Source: Candidatus Kerfeldbacteria bacterium
Lineage (GTDB): Bacteria > Patescibacteriota > Patescibacteriia > UBA10025 > JAHIVO01
NCBI GenBank assembly: GCA_047946875.1
Contig: CP181398.1
Span: forward strand, 335,154 to 399,153
DNA length: 64,000 nucleotides
Direction of reading: 5' to 3'
Positions 38,689 to 47,864 of the stretch are shown piece after piece. Below the pieces are notes generated by a model. The model searched no databases and was not told where the DNA came from. It was given only the letters and a program-made list of their open reading frames with translations. The position numbers were made by a program, and so were the translations under genes. How positions within the stretch are numbered: position 1 is the first letter of the stretch; each line of letters starts with the position of its first letter.

Positions 38689-38760
38689 TGTCATGCTGAG
38701 CGAAGTCGAAGCATCTCCTGACCTATGGTCAGGGGACTCTTCACTGTGTTCAGAGTGACA
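38689..38760. repeat. REP-like palindromic element 2 (TGTCA...TGACA ends)
   Basis: tgtcatgctgagcgaagtcgaagcatct..cttcactgtgttcagagtgaca with central hairpin cctgacc-tat-ggtcagg; much richer in GC than its flanks. Confidence 0.75.
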
Positions 38761-38772
38761 AGAATGAATTAT

Positions 38773-40056
38773 CTAAAATTCTAATTTATATATATCCTTG
38801 TCAGTAACAATATAGACGACATTTTCTGAATATTTGCTAGTTATATTGGTAATATTATTAATTCCTAGGGAGTAGGTATTTTTTTGGGTACCTACTGATT
38901 GAATAATATTGAGATCTTCATTGTTTGTTGTGTAGAGTGTGTAATATTCATTTAATAACCAATCTGCTTGTGAAATATTTTCAGAAGTTCTTAATATAAT
39001 TTCTTTGGTCGATTCGTTTTTATCCCAGCACCAAATTTCATGATTATTCGAGAATAGTAATTTGTTATTTATCCATTTTATATTTTCTACTGTTTCGTTA
39101 ATTTCTTCAAACGAGTTATCAGAAAGGTTGTAAAAATATGCTTTGTTATTTGTTTGATTGATAATGGGTAGATAATCTTCGAATTGATCTAGAAAAAATA
39201 GTTTGCTATCATCTGAAATATTTATTGTAGCGAGTTGTTTTTCTTCTTGATCAATTACTTGCAGATTATTATTTTGAAGATTAAAATATTTATCTTCTAT
39301 ACTAAAGACAATATTTTTTTCTGATAATATTTCTGTAACAATATTTTGAAAGATATTAATTCTATGTAGAACATTATGACTAGTTATAAAAATAATATCT
39401 TCTTCATTAGTACTCCAATAAATATTATCAATAATGTTATCTAAGATTAGATTAATAAGTAATTCTTTGCTCGTACGTAAGTTTGTTGCAGTATAACCAT
39501 CTAGAGACGAGTAGTATATTAATCTTTCAGAATTAATGTTCCATTGAATATTGGTAATAACTTGTTCGGTCTTTTTTGTAAATATTGTTTTATTTGCATC
39601 TAGGTCAATTATTTCGAACAACCCAGGAGTAGAGATTGCTATCTTATTTTTATCGGGTGAAAAGGAAAAATTATTAATTTTTTCATAAGATAGTAATGGC
39701 TTTAAATCATCTTGTTTTTTTAGAAGTTGAACTTTGGGTATTCTTGTTGTTTTTGATTGTTCAATTGAAATATTTTTTACCCAGTCAAAATAACCTTCTT
39801 TATAAATTTTTAGATCATAATTATCTTCAATGATTGTATTGTAGTTGGTTGGTGTATTTCCCTTGAGCTTATCGTCATTTAAATAGACTATAGCGTTGTT
39901 TGGTTCTGTATCGACTGTAATTGCCCCTACAAGACCTAATTTGTTCGTAGAGCTATTATAACGCCATCCAGATGCATAAAAAATCAATACTATGGCAACT
40001 AGTATAAATACTAAAATAGTTATAATAAAATATGTTCTTCTTGCCCAAATATTCAT
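38773..40056 (-). CDS. PEGA-domain membrane-anchored protein with beta-propeller-like C-terminus
   Basis: N-terminal TM then YASGWRY; ITVDTEPNNAIVYLN..TP..YDLKIYKEGYFDW; FSFSPDKNKIA. Confidence 0.85.
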   Translation of the reverse strand: MNIWARRTYFIITILVFILVAIVLIFYASGWRYNSSTNKLGLVGAITVDTEPNNAIVYLNDDKLKGNTPTNYNTIIEDNYDLKIYKEGYFDWVKNISIEQSKTTRIPKVQLLKKQDDLKPLLSYEKINNFSFSPDKNKIAISTPGLFEIIDLDANKTIFTKKTEQVITNIQWNINSERLIYYSSLDGYTATNLRTSKELLINLILDNIIDNIYWSTNEEDIIFITSHNVLHRINIFQNIVTEILSEKNIVFSIEDKYFNLQNNNLQVIDQEEKQLATINISDDSKLFFLDQFEDYLPIINQTNNKAYFYNLSDNSFEEINETVENIKWINNKLLFSNNHEIWCWDKNESTKEIILRTSENISQADWLLNEYYTLYTTNNEDLNIIQSVGTQKNTYSLGINNITNITSKYSENVVYIVTDKDIYKLEF

Positions 40057-40067
40057 AATTATTATTT

Positions 40068-40127
40068 AGTATATATTTAAAGGATTACTTTGTCTAGATT
40101 TGAAATTAAGTGGTGATTTGCTATAAT
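40068..40127. promoter_or_regulatory. Back-to-back divergent promoters (PEGA gene / murA)
   Basis: Minus: TAGACA(40096-40091)-17-TATACT(40073-40068). Plus: TTGAAA(40100-05)-16-TATAAT(40122-27) with TG extension. Confidence 0.6.
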
Positions 40128-40160
40128 GTAGGGGATAAATTTTTTATTGTATATAAGCTT

Positions 40161-41420
40161 ATGGCTAAATTTGTAATTCAAGGAGGGAATTCATTGTCTG
40201 GTGAGGTTGAAATTAGTGGGGCAAAAAATGCTGCACTTAAGATGATGGCTGCAGCCATATTAACTGATGATGAGGTCGTCCTAACAAACGTTCCAGATAT
40301 TAGTGATATCAGAACTATGCAAGAAGTTCTTGCTAAACTTGGAGCAAAAGTCGAATTTTCTGACCATGTTATGACAATAAATTGTTCTGGTATTAAGGAT
40401 GCTCAACCTGATTATGAACTAGTAAAACATATTAGAGCATCGATTGTAATAATTGGACCACTTATAGCTAGGAAGGAGAAAGTTATTATGCCTCAACCAG
40501 GTGGTTGTTTGATAGGATCAAGACCTATTGATACGCATACTAAGGCGATTGAGCAGTTTGGTGTTACTGTTTCACTTGAAAAAGATTTATATCATTTTAC
40601 AAATAAAGGTTTAACTGGAGCAAGTATTGTATTAGAAGAAATGAGTGTTACTGCAACAGAGAATGTATTAATGGCCGCTGTGTTGGCTAAGGGTAATACA
40701 GAGATAAGGTTAGCTGCATCTGAACCAGAGATTGCTGATTTAGCAGAGATGTTGAATAAGATGGGAGCAAAGATTACAGGAGCGGGGACTTCAATAATTA
40801 AAATTGAAGGAGTTGATAAATTGCATCGTGTCGAGCATCAAGTTCTACCTGATAGGATCGAAGCTGGGACATTCGCAATAGCTGCAGCAGTGAGTCGGGG
40901 AGATGTTAGAATCAAAAATATAACCCCTCATCATCTAGATTTTGTTTTACATAAATTTAAACAGGCTAATATAAATTTTGAGATTGAAGATGATAATTCG
41001 GTACTTCATATTAAGCCAACTACAATTTTTAACCATATTAATATTGATACAAGGCCATATCCAGGTTACCCAACAGATTTACAGTCTCCGTTATCGATAT
41101 TGTTAACTCAGGCTAAGGGAACTAGTAAGATGTTTGAAACCATGTTCGAAGGAAGACTTGGGTATATTAGAGAATTAAAAAAGATGGGAGCAGATATTAC
41201 AGAAATAGATTCACATACGATTATTGTTAATGGACCAACTCCCCTTTATGGTAAAAAAATAACCTCTTTTGATTTACGAGCTGGCGCTACTTTGATCATT
41301 GCAGCAATGATTGCTGAAGGTGAATCAGAAATTGATAAGATTGAACTAGTAGATCGAGGCTATGAAAATATTGAACTTAGACTAAATAAATTAGGAGCAA
41401 ATATTAAAAGAATAAAATAA
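40161..41420 (+). CDS. murA: UDP-N-acetylglucosamine 1-carboxyvinyltransferase
   Basis: SGAKNAAL, RASI, PGGCLIGSRP, SVTATEN, PDRIEAGT, PGYPTDLQ, DLRAGA, DRGYE; start at MAKFV (40161). Confidence 0.96.
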   Translation: MAKFVIQGGNSLSGEVEISGAKNAALKMMAAAILTDDEVVLTNVPDISDIRTMQEVLAKLGAKVEFSDHVMTINCSGIKDAQPDYELVKHIRASIVIIGPLIARKEKVIMPQPGGCLIGSRPIDTHTKAIEQFGVTVSLEKDLYHFTNKGLTGASIVLEEMSVTATENVLMAAVLAKGNTEIRLAASEPEIADLAEMLNKMGAKITGAGTSIIKIEGVDKLHRVEHQVLPDRIEAGTFAIAAAVSRGDVRIKNITPHHLDFVLHKFKQANINFEIEDDNSVLHIKPTTIFNHINIDTRPYPGYPTDLQSPLSILLTQAKGTSKMFETMFEGRLGYIRELKKMGADITEIDSHTIIVNGPTPLYGKKITSFDLRAGATLIIAAMIAEGESEIDKIELVDRGYENIELRLNKLGANIKRIK

Positions 41421-41421
41421 T

Positions 41422-42660
41422 ATGGAGGAAAATAGAAACATTAAATCACATTTTAGTTTTAAGGTAGTAATTTCAGTGGTTATCTTTATTTTTTTAATAG
41501 TTTTTAGCTTGATGAGTGGATATTATTTTGGTGTATGGGAGACTACAAAGAAACAAAGTCAGTTTTCATATACAAATATTATACAGACAGTACCTGATTA
41601 TTTAGCTGATGGTGAGTTTGATGAAAATCTTTTTTGGGAAGTATGGGATAGTGCAAAGAATAATTATGTAAATAAACCTATTGATGACGAGGTTTTATTT
41701 TATGGTGCTTTAGAAGGGATAGCTGGGAGTTTAGACGATCCTTATTCTGTTTTTCTTAACCCTGAAGCAACAAGAGAATTTAATAGAGAGCTAAATGGTA
41801 GTTTCGAGGGAATTGGAACAGAAATAGGAATAAAGAATAATCAATTGACCATAATATCTCCATTGGATAATTCACCAGCTTCTAAAGCGGGGTTACAAGC
41901 AGGAGATGTCGTAATAAAAATTGATGGTGAAGATACATATGAGATGAGTCTAGATTATGCAATAGGTCTTATTAGAGGTACTAAGGGGACCGAGGTAGTC
42001 TTAACAGTTTTATCAGAAAATGATGAAATAATTAAAGATATTTCAATTGTTCGAGAAGTTATTACTGTAGAAAGTGTAAGTTGGGAAATTTTGGATAATA
42101 AAATTGCTTATATCAAAATCATTCACTTTAATTCTGACACCTATCAAAATTTTACGAATATAGCTAGTGAAATTCTAGTTAATGATATTGATGGTATAAT
42201 TTTGGATTTAAGAAATAACCCTGGAGGATATTTAGATAGTGCTGTTGATGTTTCTGGAGAATTTCTTGAAGATAAGGTTGTAGTTATAGAGGATTTTGGT
42301 ACTAATAAAATAGAATATACTTCAAGTGGTAATGCAAAGTTAAAAGATTATAAATCTGCTGTCTTAGTGAATGGTGGTAGTGCTTCTGCCTCAGAAATAG
42401 TCGCTGGTGCTTTACAGGATTACAAATATGCAACAATAATTGGAGAACAAACATTTGGCAAGGGATCTGTTCAAGAATTTGAACAATTTGACGATGGTTC
42501 TTCATTAAAATTAACTGTTGCAAAATGGTTAACTCCAAATGGAAAAAATATTGATGAATTTGGGATCACCCCAGATATTGAAGTAGAGTTTACTAAAGAA
42601 GATTATAATAATGATACTGATCCACAACTAGAAAATGCAATACAATTATTGTCTGAGTAA
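41422..42660 (+). CDS. S41 carboxyl-terminal processing protease (CtpA/Prc-like) with PDZ domain
   Basis: LDDPYS, GSFEGIG, SPASKAGL, LDLRNNPGG, SASASEIVAGAL, TFGKGSVQ. Confidence 0.93.
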   Translation: MEENRNIKSHFSFKVVISVVIFIFLIVFSLMSGYYFGVWETTKKQSQFSYTNIIQTVPDYLADGEFDENLFWEVWDSAKNNYVNKPIDDEVLFYGALEGIAGSLDDPYSVFLNPEATREFNRELNGSFEGIGTEIGIKNNQLTIISPLDNSPASKAGLQAGDVVIKIDGEDTYEMSLDYAIGLIRGTKGTEVVLTVLSENDEIIKDISIVREVITVESVSWEILDNKIAYIKIIHFNSDTYQNFTNIASEILVNDIDGIILDLRNNPGGYLDSAVDVSGEFLEDKVVVIEDFGTNKIEYTSSGNAKLKDYKSAVLVNGGSASASEIVAGALQDYKYATIIGEQTFGKGSVQEFEQFDDGSSLKLTVAKWLTPNGKNIDEFGITPDIEVEFTKEDYNNDTDPQLENAIQLLSE

Positions 42661-42664
42661 TTAT

Positions 42665-42937
42665 ATGCTAAGTAAGCATTTAAAGGTTTATGGGTTGGTT
42701 CAAGGAGTTAATTTTAGAAGTAATACGAGAAATACGGCTACCGATCTAGGATTATGTGGAACAATTGTAAATATGTCGGATAAAACTGTTGAAATTGATG
42801 TTTTTGGAGATGAAAAAGTAATAAATCAGCTAATTGAATGGATTCAATCAAATCCTGGTTCTGCTAGGATTGATAAAATTGAAATAAAAATATCTTCAAA
42901 AAGAAATAGATTTGATGAATTTATCATTTTGTATTAA
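42665..42937 (+). CDS. acyP: Acylphosphatase
   Basis: VYGLVQGVNFR, GTIVNMSDKTVEI; start placed at MLSKH (42665). Confidence 0.88.
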   Translation: MLSKHLKVYGLVQGVNFRSNTRNTATDLGLCGTIVNMSDKTVEIDVFGDEKVINQLIEWIQSNPGSARIDKIEIKISSKRNRFDEFIILY

Positions 42938-42946
42938 AATAACAAT

Positions 42947-43399
42947 ATGGAAATAATATTAATAACCGATGTAAAAAAACTAGGAGTTAAGGGAAATATA
43001 AAGAATGTTTCAGAGGGATATGCTAGAAATTTTTTATTATCAAAGAATTTAGCAATAGTAGCAACTGAAAAATTGAAACAACAATATAAAAGAGATAATT
43101 TAAATATTAAGAAAGATGCAGTAAAGAATCAGGAGAAATCAAATAAATTATTAAATCAATTGAAAGATATTAAGATAACCGTGCAGGCTAAGTCAAATGA
43201 TGAAGGTACTTTATTTAGCGCAGTCACCAAGAAAAATATATTGGATCAATTAAATAAGGTAGCGGCTCAAAAACTAGCTGAGAAAGATATAATAATCAAT
43301 AACCCAATAAAATCTATCGGCAAACATGATATTGAAATATCTATTGGCGGTAATAATGTTAAACTAACTATTGAAATAAATGACATCAAAAAATTGTAA
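42947..43399 (+). CDS. rplI: 50S ribosomal protein L9
   Basis: [39 protein letters not shown]. Confidence 0.93.
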   Translation: MEIILITDVKKLGVKGNIKNVSEGYARNFLLSKNLAIVATEKLKQQYKRDNLNIKKDAVKNQEKSNKLLNQLKDIKITVQAKSNDEGTLFSAVTKKNILDQLNKVAAQKLAEKDIIINNPIKSIGKHDIEISIGGNNVKLTIEINDIKKL

Positions 43400-45014
43400 A
43401 TACATATTTGTTACAGGAGGAGTTTGTTCCGGATTAGGTAAAGGGATTGCCGCTGCTTCGACAGGAGCAATTTTAAAAGCATGTAATTTTAAAGTTTTTA
43501 GTCTAAAATTAGATCCATACCTAAATCTTGATCCAGGGACTATGAATCCTTATCAACATGGTGAAGTTTTTGTACTTGATGATGGCACTGAGACCGATTT
43601 GGATCTTGGTCACTACGAACGTTTTATGGACGAGAATCTTAACAAGCTTAGTAATCTAACCACGGGGCAAGTTTATGATGAATTGTTATCAGAAGAACGA
43701 CAAGGGAAATATTTAGGAAAAACTATTCAAATCATTCCTCATATTACAAATAAAATTAAAGAGAGAATATATCAAGCCGCTGAGATTAGTCAGGCGGATT
43801 TTTTGATTATGGAGATCGGTGGTACGGTCGGTGATATTGAAGGAGAACCATTTTTAGAAACAGTTAGACAATTACATAATGAATTAGGTTCAGATAAAGT
43901 TATGATTATACATGTAGCTTTGCTACCATATCTAAAAGTTTCTCATGAGCTTAAGACTAAGCCAGTACAAGCTTCTGTTAGAGAGTTAAGAGGTAGAGGA
44001 ATTCAACCTGATATTATTTTAGCTAGAGCTGATTATCCAGTGAGTAAAGAAAATTTGGAAAAAATTTCTTTATTCTGCGATATACCAATTGAGGCAGTTA
44101 TTCCAGCTCCTACAATTAAAAGTATTTATGAAGTACCTATAAATTTGGAAAAAAGTAAGATTTCTGAAATTATATTTAAGAAATTTAATATTCGTAAAAG
44201 AGTTCCTGATCTTAAACCGTGGAAGAGTTTAGTTAAAAAGATGAAGAATGGTAAAGATCAAAAAACAGTAAATATTGTTATGGTCGGTAAATATACCGAA
44301 CATGGTGATGCATATATTAGCATTATTGAGTCTCTGAAGGCCGCTGCAGCCGTTAATAATACTAAAATGAAGGTAGAGTGGGTAGTATCGGAAAAACTTG
44401 AAAATAAGGATAAAAAAGAGTGGGCAAAGTTGAAAAGTGCTAATGGGATATTGATACCTGGTGGATTTGGTTCACGTGGTACAGAAGGTAAAATATTGGC
44501 TGCTAAATATGCTAGAGAAAATAATATACCGTATTTCGGATTATGTTTGGGGATGCAAATCGCAACAATTGAGTTTGCTAGAAATATAGCAAAGATCAAA
44601 AATGCTAATAGTACCGAATTTGATATAAAGACAGAAAATCCAGTTATTCATATCATGCCAGAGCAAGAGAAAAAGATGCTCTCAAATGATTATGGTGCTA
44701 GCATGAGACTTGGGAGTTGGCCATGTAAATTAGTAAAAGGCACGATTAGTTATAAAAGTTACAATAAAGATAAAATTGATGAACGTCATAGACATCGTTT
44801 CGAATTTAATAATAAATATCGTGAGCAACTTGAAAATGAAGGTCTGAAAATAGCTGGAACCAGTCCTGATGGTTTATTAGTAGAGATAGTAGAGATTCCA
44901 TCTCATCCATGGTTTGTAGCTGTCCAATTTCATCCAGAATTTAAGTCACGTCCATTAAGACCACATCCGTTATTCAGAGATTTTGTAAAGGCTTGTGTGA
45001 ATCACAATAAATAA
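43380..45014 (+). CDS. pyrG: CTP synthase
   Basis: [65 protein letters not shown]. Confidence 0.97.
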   Translation: MTSKNCKYIFVTGGVCSGLGKGIAAASTGAILKACNFKVFSLKLDPYLNLDPGTMNPYQHGEVFVLDDGTETDLDLGHYERFMDENLNKLSNLTTGQVYDELLSEERQGKYLGKTIQIIPHITNKIKERIYQAAEISQADFLIMEIGGTVGDIEGEPFLETVRQLHNELGSDKVMIIHVALLPYLKVSHELKTKPVQASVRELRGRGIQPDIILARADYPVSKENLEKISLFCDIPIEAVIPAPTIKSIYEVPINLEKSKISEIIFKKFNIRKRVPDLKPWKSLVKKMKNGKDQKTVNIVMVGKYTEHGDAYISIIESLKAAAAVNNTKMKVEWVVSEKLENKDKKEWAKLKSANGILIPGGFGSRGTEGKILAAKYARENNIPYFGLCLGMQIATIEFARNIAKIKNANSTEFDIKTENPVIHIMPEQEKKMLSNDYGASMRLGSWPCKLVKGTISYKSYNKDKIDERHRHRFEFNNKYREQLENEGLKIAGTSPDGLLVEIVEIPSHPWFVAVQFHPEFKSRPLRPHPLFRDFVKACVNHNK

Positions 45015-45024
45015 TAATTAAAAT

Positions 45025-45060
45025 AAAAACAACCAATGTTATCTAGAGGTTGTTTTTTTT
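45025..45060. terminator. Bidirectional intrinsic terminator between pyrG and rpmA
   Basis: aaaaacaacc-13 nt loop-ggttgttttt, flanked by A and T runs. Confidence 0.7.
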
Positions 45061-45064
45061 ATAA

Positions 45065-45346
45065 TTATTTTGTTGGGATTATACTTACGAAGGTAGCTAA
45101 TTTTAGTTGTCCGTTGAATCTTCGAATTTTTTTCTTTTTGAAAGATACTTTTCCTTCTGTTGTGGCAAAGAGAGTGTCATCTTTTCCTCGCTTAACATTA
45201 CTTCCAGCACGAAATTTCGTACCTCGTTGTCGAAGAATAATGTTTCCACTTTTGGCTAATTGTCCGCCAAAAAGTTTGACACCTAATCTTTGGCCTTGAC
45301 TATCTCTACCTAAGCTAGTTGTTCCCGTTCCTTTTACGTGGGCCAT
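45065..45346 (-). CDS. rpmA: 50S ribosomal protein L27
   Basis: [41 protein letters not shown]. Confidence 0.96.
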   Translation of the reverse strand: MAHVKGTGTTSLGRDSQGQRLGVKLFGGQLAKSGNIILRQRGTKFRAGSNVKRGKDDTLFATTEGKVSFKKKKIRRFNGQLKLATFVSIIPTK

Positions 45347-45383
45347 ATTTTATATTTAATTGTTAAATAAACTAAGTTAAATT

Positions 45384-45412
45384 ATTATATAGTAATAAGA
45401 TTTCATTGTCAA
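45384..45412 (-). promoter_or_regulatory. Consensus sigma70-type promoter for rpmA
   Basis: TTGACA(45412-45407)-17 bp-TATAAT(45389-45384). Confidence 0.85.
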
Positions 45413-45423
45413 TATATTTATCT

Positions 45424-45702
45424 TTATTCAAATAAATTTGGTATTTTAACTACATAGTTTTGATCTTTCTTTTCTGAAATATTAGTAGTTATTTTTTCAA
45501 ATAATATTAAATTCACTTTTTGTTTTTTTGCAATAATGTCATTTTCATCAATTGGTTTTGGTGAGATGGATGTTAAATACAAATTTTGATAAGTGAAATA
45601 TCCAACAATAGCAAATATTATAACAATAATGCTATATATTATACTACCTAGGTACTTAGTAGTTAATTTTTTGGTATCAATATTGCTAAAAATATTTTTC
45701 AT
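45424..45702 (-). CDS. Small single-TM protein at the end of the pil operon (PilP position)
   Basis: One TM segment, ends in PNLFE, directly follows the pilO-like gene. Confidence 0.6.
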   Translation of the reverse strand: MKNIFSNIDTKKLTTKYLGSIIYSIIVIIFAIVGYFTYQNLYLTSISPKPIDENDIIAKKQKVNLILFEKITTNISEKKDQNYVVKIPNLFE

Positions 45703-45708
45703 ATTATT

Positions 45709-46239
45709 TTAAGATGAATATATAATTGCTGTAAAAGTTAGTTTAATATTTATTCCATTTTTTGAAAAATTTAGATTATCAAGTATAACATATTGATCAA
45801 GTATTTCTAATGTATTTAGGTAGTTCATAATATCATCCCATTGTCCATTTAACGTAATGCCAATCATTAGATTTTTATCAATTTGAAAACTTTCGATATT
45901 TGTTAATTCAAGGTTTTGTTCGAGATTGTTTTTTCCGGAAATACTTTCTAAGGTATCTACGAAATCTAAAATATCTTCTTGCTCTAGGAATATTAATGAA
46001 AGGCTATTGCTATCTTTTTCTATTTTTTTTAAATCAGTTCTAGTTTTATCAATATTTTTTCTCTGCTCTTGATAAATAGCTAGTTGAATTCTTTTATCTT
46101 TAATTTCGGTATTTTGTGTTTGGATTTCAGAATAATAGGGATATAGTAAGAACACACAAATTGTTACTACTATTAAGCTTAATGTAGTAGTGAGAATTAT
46201 GATTTTCTTTTTTGTGCTAAAATTATTTTTTAATTTCAT
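45709..46239 (-). CDS. pilO: Type IV pilus alignment protein PilO-like
   Basis: TM, coiled coil, then ITLNGQWDDIMNYLNTLE; follows pilM-pilN. Confidence 0.7.
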   Translation of the reverse strand: MKLKNNFSTKKKIIILTTTLSLIVVTICVFLLYPYYSEIQTQNTEIKDKRIQLAIYQEQRKNIDKTRTDLKKIEKDSNSLSLIFLEQEDILDFVDTLESISGKNNLEQNLELTNIESFQIDKNLMIGITLNGQWDDIMNYLNTLEILDQYVILDNLNFSKNGINIKLTFTAIIYSS

Positions 46240-46792
46240 TTGAAATTTTTCCAGTTATTGTAAAATTTATATTTTCTTTTTGGATTAGATTTGAAATTGG
46301 CGCTGTAATATCACTAAAATAAATTGATTCTTCCATATTTTTTTGTAGTGCAATAAGATCAGCCCTTAAATTAGCTATTCCACTTATTTGAAAAGTCATT
46401 TGAGATTCAGTTTCTAAAATATTTGTGTTAAATTCAAGACTAGAAAAAACCACATCTTCAGGTACTAATTTTTGAAAATTACTTATAAAGGAAGACCATT
46501 TAATATATGTGTTTTGAATAGTGTCAACTAGCAATAATTGTGTGTTTAAATCTCTTGTAGATTCTTCAATGGAACTAACGTTGCTTTCTTTTCTTATAGC
46601 TAATTCTTTTTCAATTTGCTCGTCTAGAGAAGTTGAATTGCTACGTAATATGACAGCAGAAAATATAAAAACCGTTGAGATGATTAATAGAATACTTATA
46701 ATTTGTACTAGGAAATGTTTAAGTATAAAATATAATTTAATATTATTTACTTTTTTAATTTCGTTTGGATTTAGTAGGTTTAATGTTGACAT
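46223..46792 (-). CDS. pilN: Type IV pilus alignment protein PilN-like
   Basis: LNLL PilM-binding motif, TM, KWS..LVPEDV, ISGIA, YFSDI; start placed at MSTLNLL. Confidence 0.75.
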   Translation of the reverse strand: MSTLNLLNPNEIKKVNNIKLYFILKHFLVQIISILLIISTVFIFSAVILRSNSTSLDEQIEKELAIRKESNVSSIEESTRDLNTQLLLVDTIQNTYIKWSSFISNFQKLVPEDVVFSSLEFNTNILETESQMTFQISGIANLRADLIALQKNMEESIYFSDITAPISNLIQKENINFTITGKISNEIKK

Positions 46793-46796
46793 TAAT

Positions 46797-47858
46797 TTAA
46801 TCAAATTTTTTAATTGCTAACCCAATACAGGTAGCAAATGGATAAAAATTTCTTTCTTTTAATTCTTCTTGCCCTTTTAAAATGGTTAAGTTAGTCCAAG
46901 GATCTGCAAGGATTGTAGTTTGTTTCAGTTTTGCTTGTAAGTATTCTGTTAATCCTGACGTTTGACTAACGCTACCAGTAAGTAGAGCAGTATTTATTTT
47001 ACTTTTTGTTGCCATGTATTCATTAAAGTAATTAACATTCTCATTTATCTTCACTAGTAGTCTGTCTAGGATAGGGGAAATAGATTTTCTGACTGCTCCA
47101 CGTCCCTTAGATTGATGAAGACCATATATAATTTTTGCTTTTTCAGCATCTTTGTATGAGAGTTGTAAATTATTGCTAATAGCTTCTGTCATTTCATGAC
47201 CACTTACATTTATTGTAGAAGTGTATTGGACAGTGTTGTGACTAAATATTATAAGACTAGTTCTGCTACGACCGATATCTATAACAAGTAATGAATTATT
47301 AATATTTTTTTGTTGGTCAATAAGGCTTCTTGTAACTGCTACAGATTCATTTTCTAGGCTAATCGGTATTAAGCCCGCTTTTTTAATTACTTCTGTATAG
47401 GTGTTAACTATATTTTTTGGTGCTACTGAAGCTAAGACCCTAAGTTTATTATTTTTCTCATTTTTATTGATTACCTGCCAGTCAAAAAAAGTTTGATCTA
47501 ATGCTATTGGAATATTTTGTTCGATACCCCAGCCAACAGCACCTTTTAGTTCATTTTCTGGTACATCAGGAATTTCAATAACTTTTATGTAGGTCATTTT
47601 TTCAGAAAGAGAAGCGTTTACATATTTTTTTTCAACTTTACCGTATTCTGGTTTTTCAATTAAAGTTTTTAATAAGGAAATTACCGACTCTTTATTTTTA
47701 ATTTCACCATTAATAATATGATCTTTAGGGACATCAATTTCTCCAAATGAACTTATGGACATTTTTGATTTTTTCTTTGTGTCAATCTGAATAAAGCGCA
47801 TTTTGAAATCACTTATATCTAATCCAATTTGATTTGTAAATGGGTTAAGGTTTAACAT
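46797..47858 (-). CDS. pilM: Type IV pilus assembly protein PilM (actin-like)
   Basis: IGLDISD, VIDIGRSRT, SGHEMTEAI..AEKAKI, LLTGS, FATCIGLA. Confidence 0.9.
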   Translation of the reverse strand: MLNLNPFTNQIGLDISDFKMRFIQIDTKKKSKMSISSFGEIDVPKDHIINGEIKNKESVISLLKTLIEKPEYGKVEKKYVNASLSEKMTYIKVIEIPDVPENELKGAVGWGIEQNIPIALDQTFFDWQVINKNEKNNKLRVLASVAPKNIVNTYTEVIKKAGLIPISLENESVAVTRSLIDQQKNINNSLLVIDIGRSRTSLIIFSHNTVQYTSTINVSGHEMTEAISNNLQLSYKDAEKAKIIYGLHQSKGRGAVRKSISPILDRLLVKINENVNYFNEYMATKSKINTALLTGSVSQTSGLTEYLQAKLKQTTILADPWTNLTILKGQEELKERNFYPFATCIGLAIKKFD

Positions 47859-47864
47859 ATTATT

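Noticed and set aside
38689-38760. 72-bp GC-rich structured element as a tRNA
   Set aside because: Folds as one long hairpin, with no cloverleaf, T-loop consensus or CCA end.
40161-41420. Fosfomycin-resistant MurA variant
   Set aside because: The active-site Cys is retained (PGGCLIGSRP).
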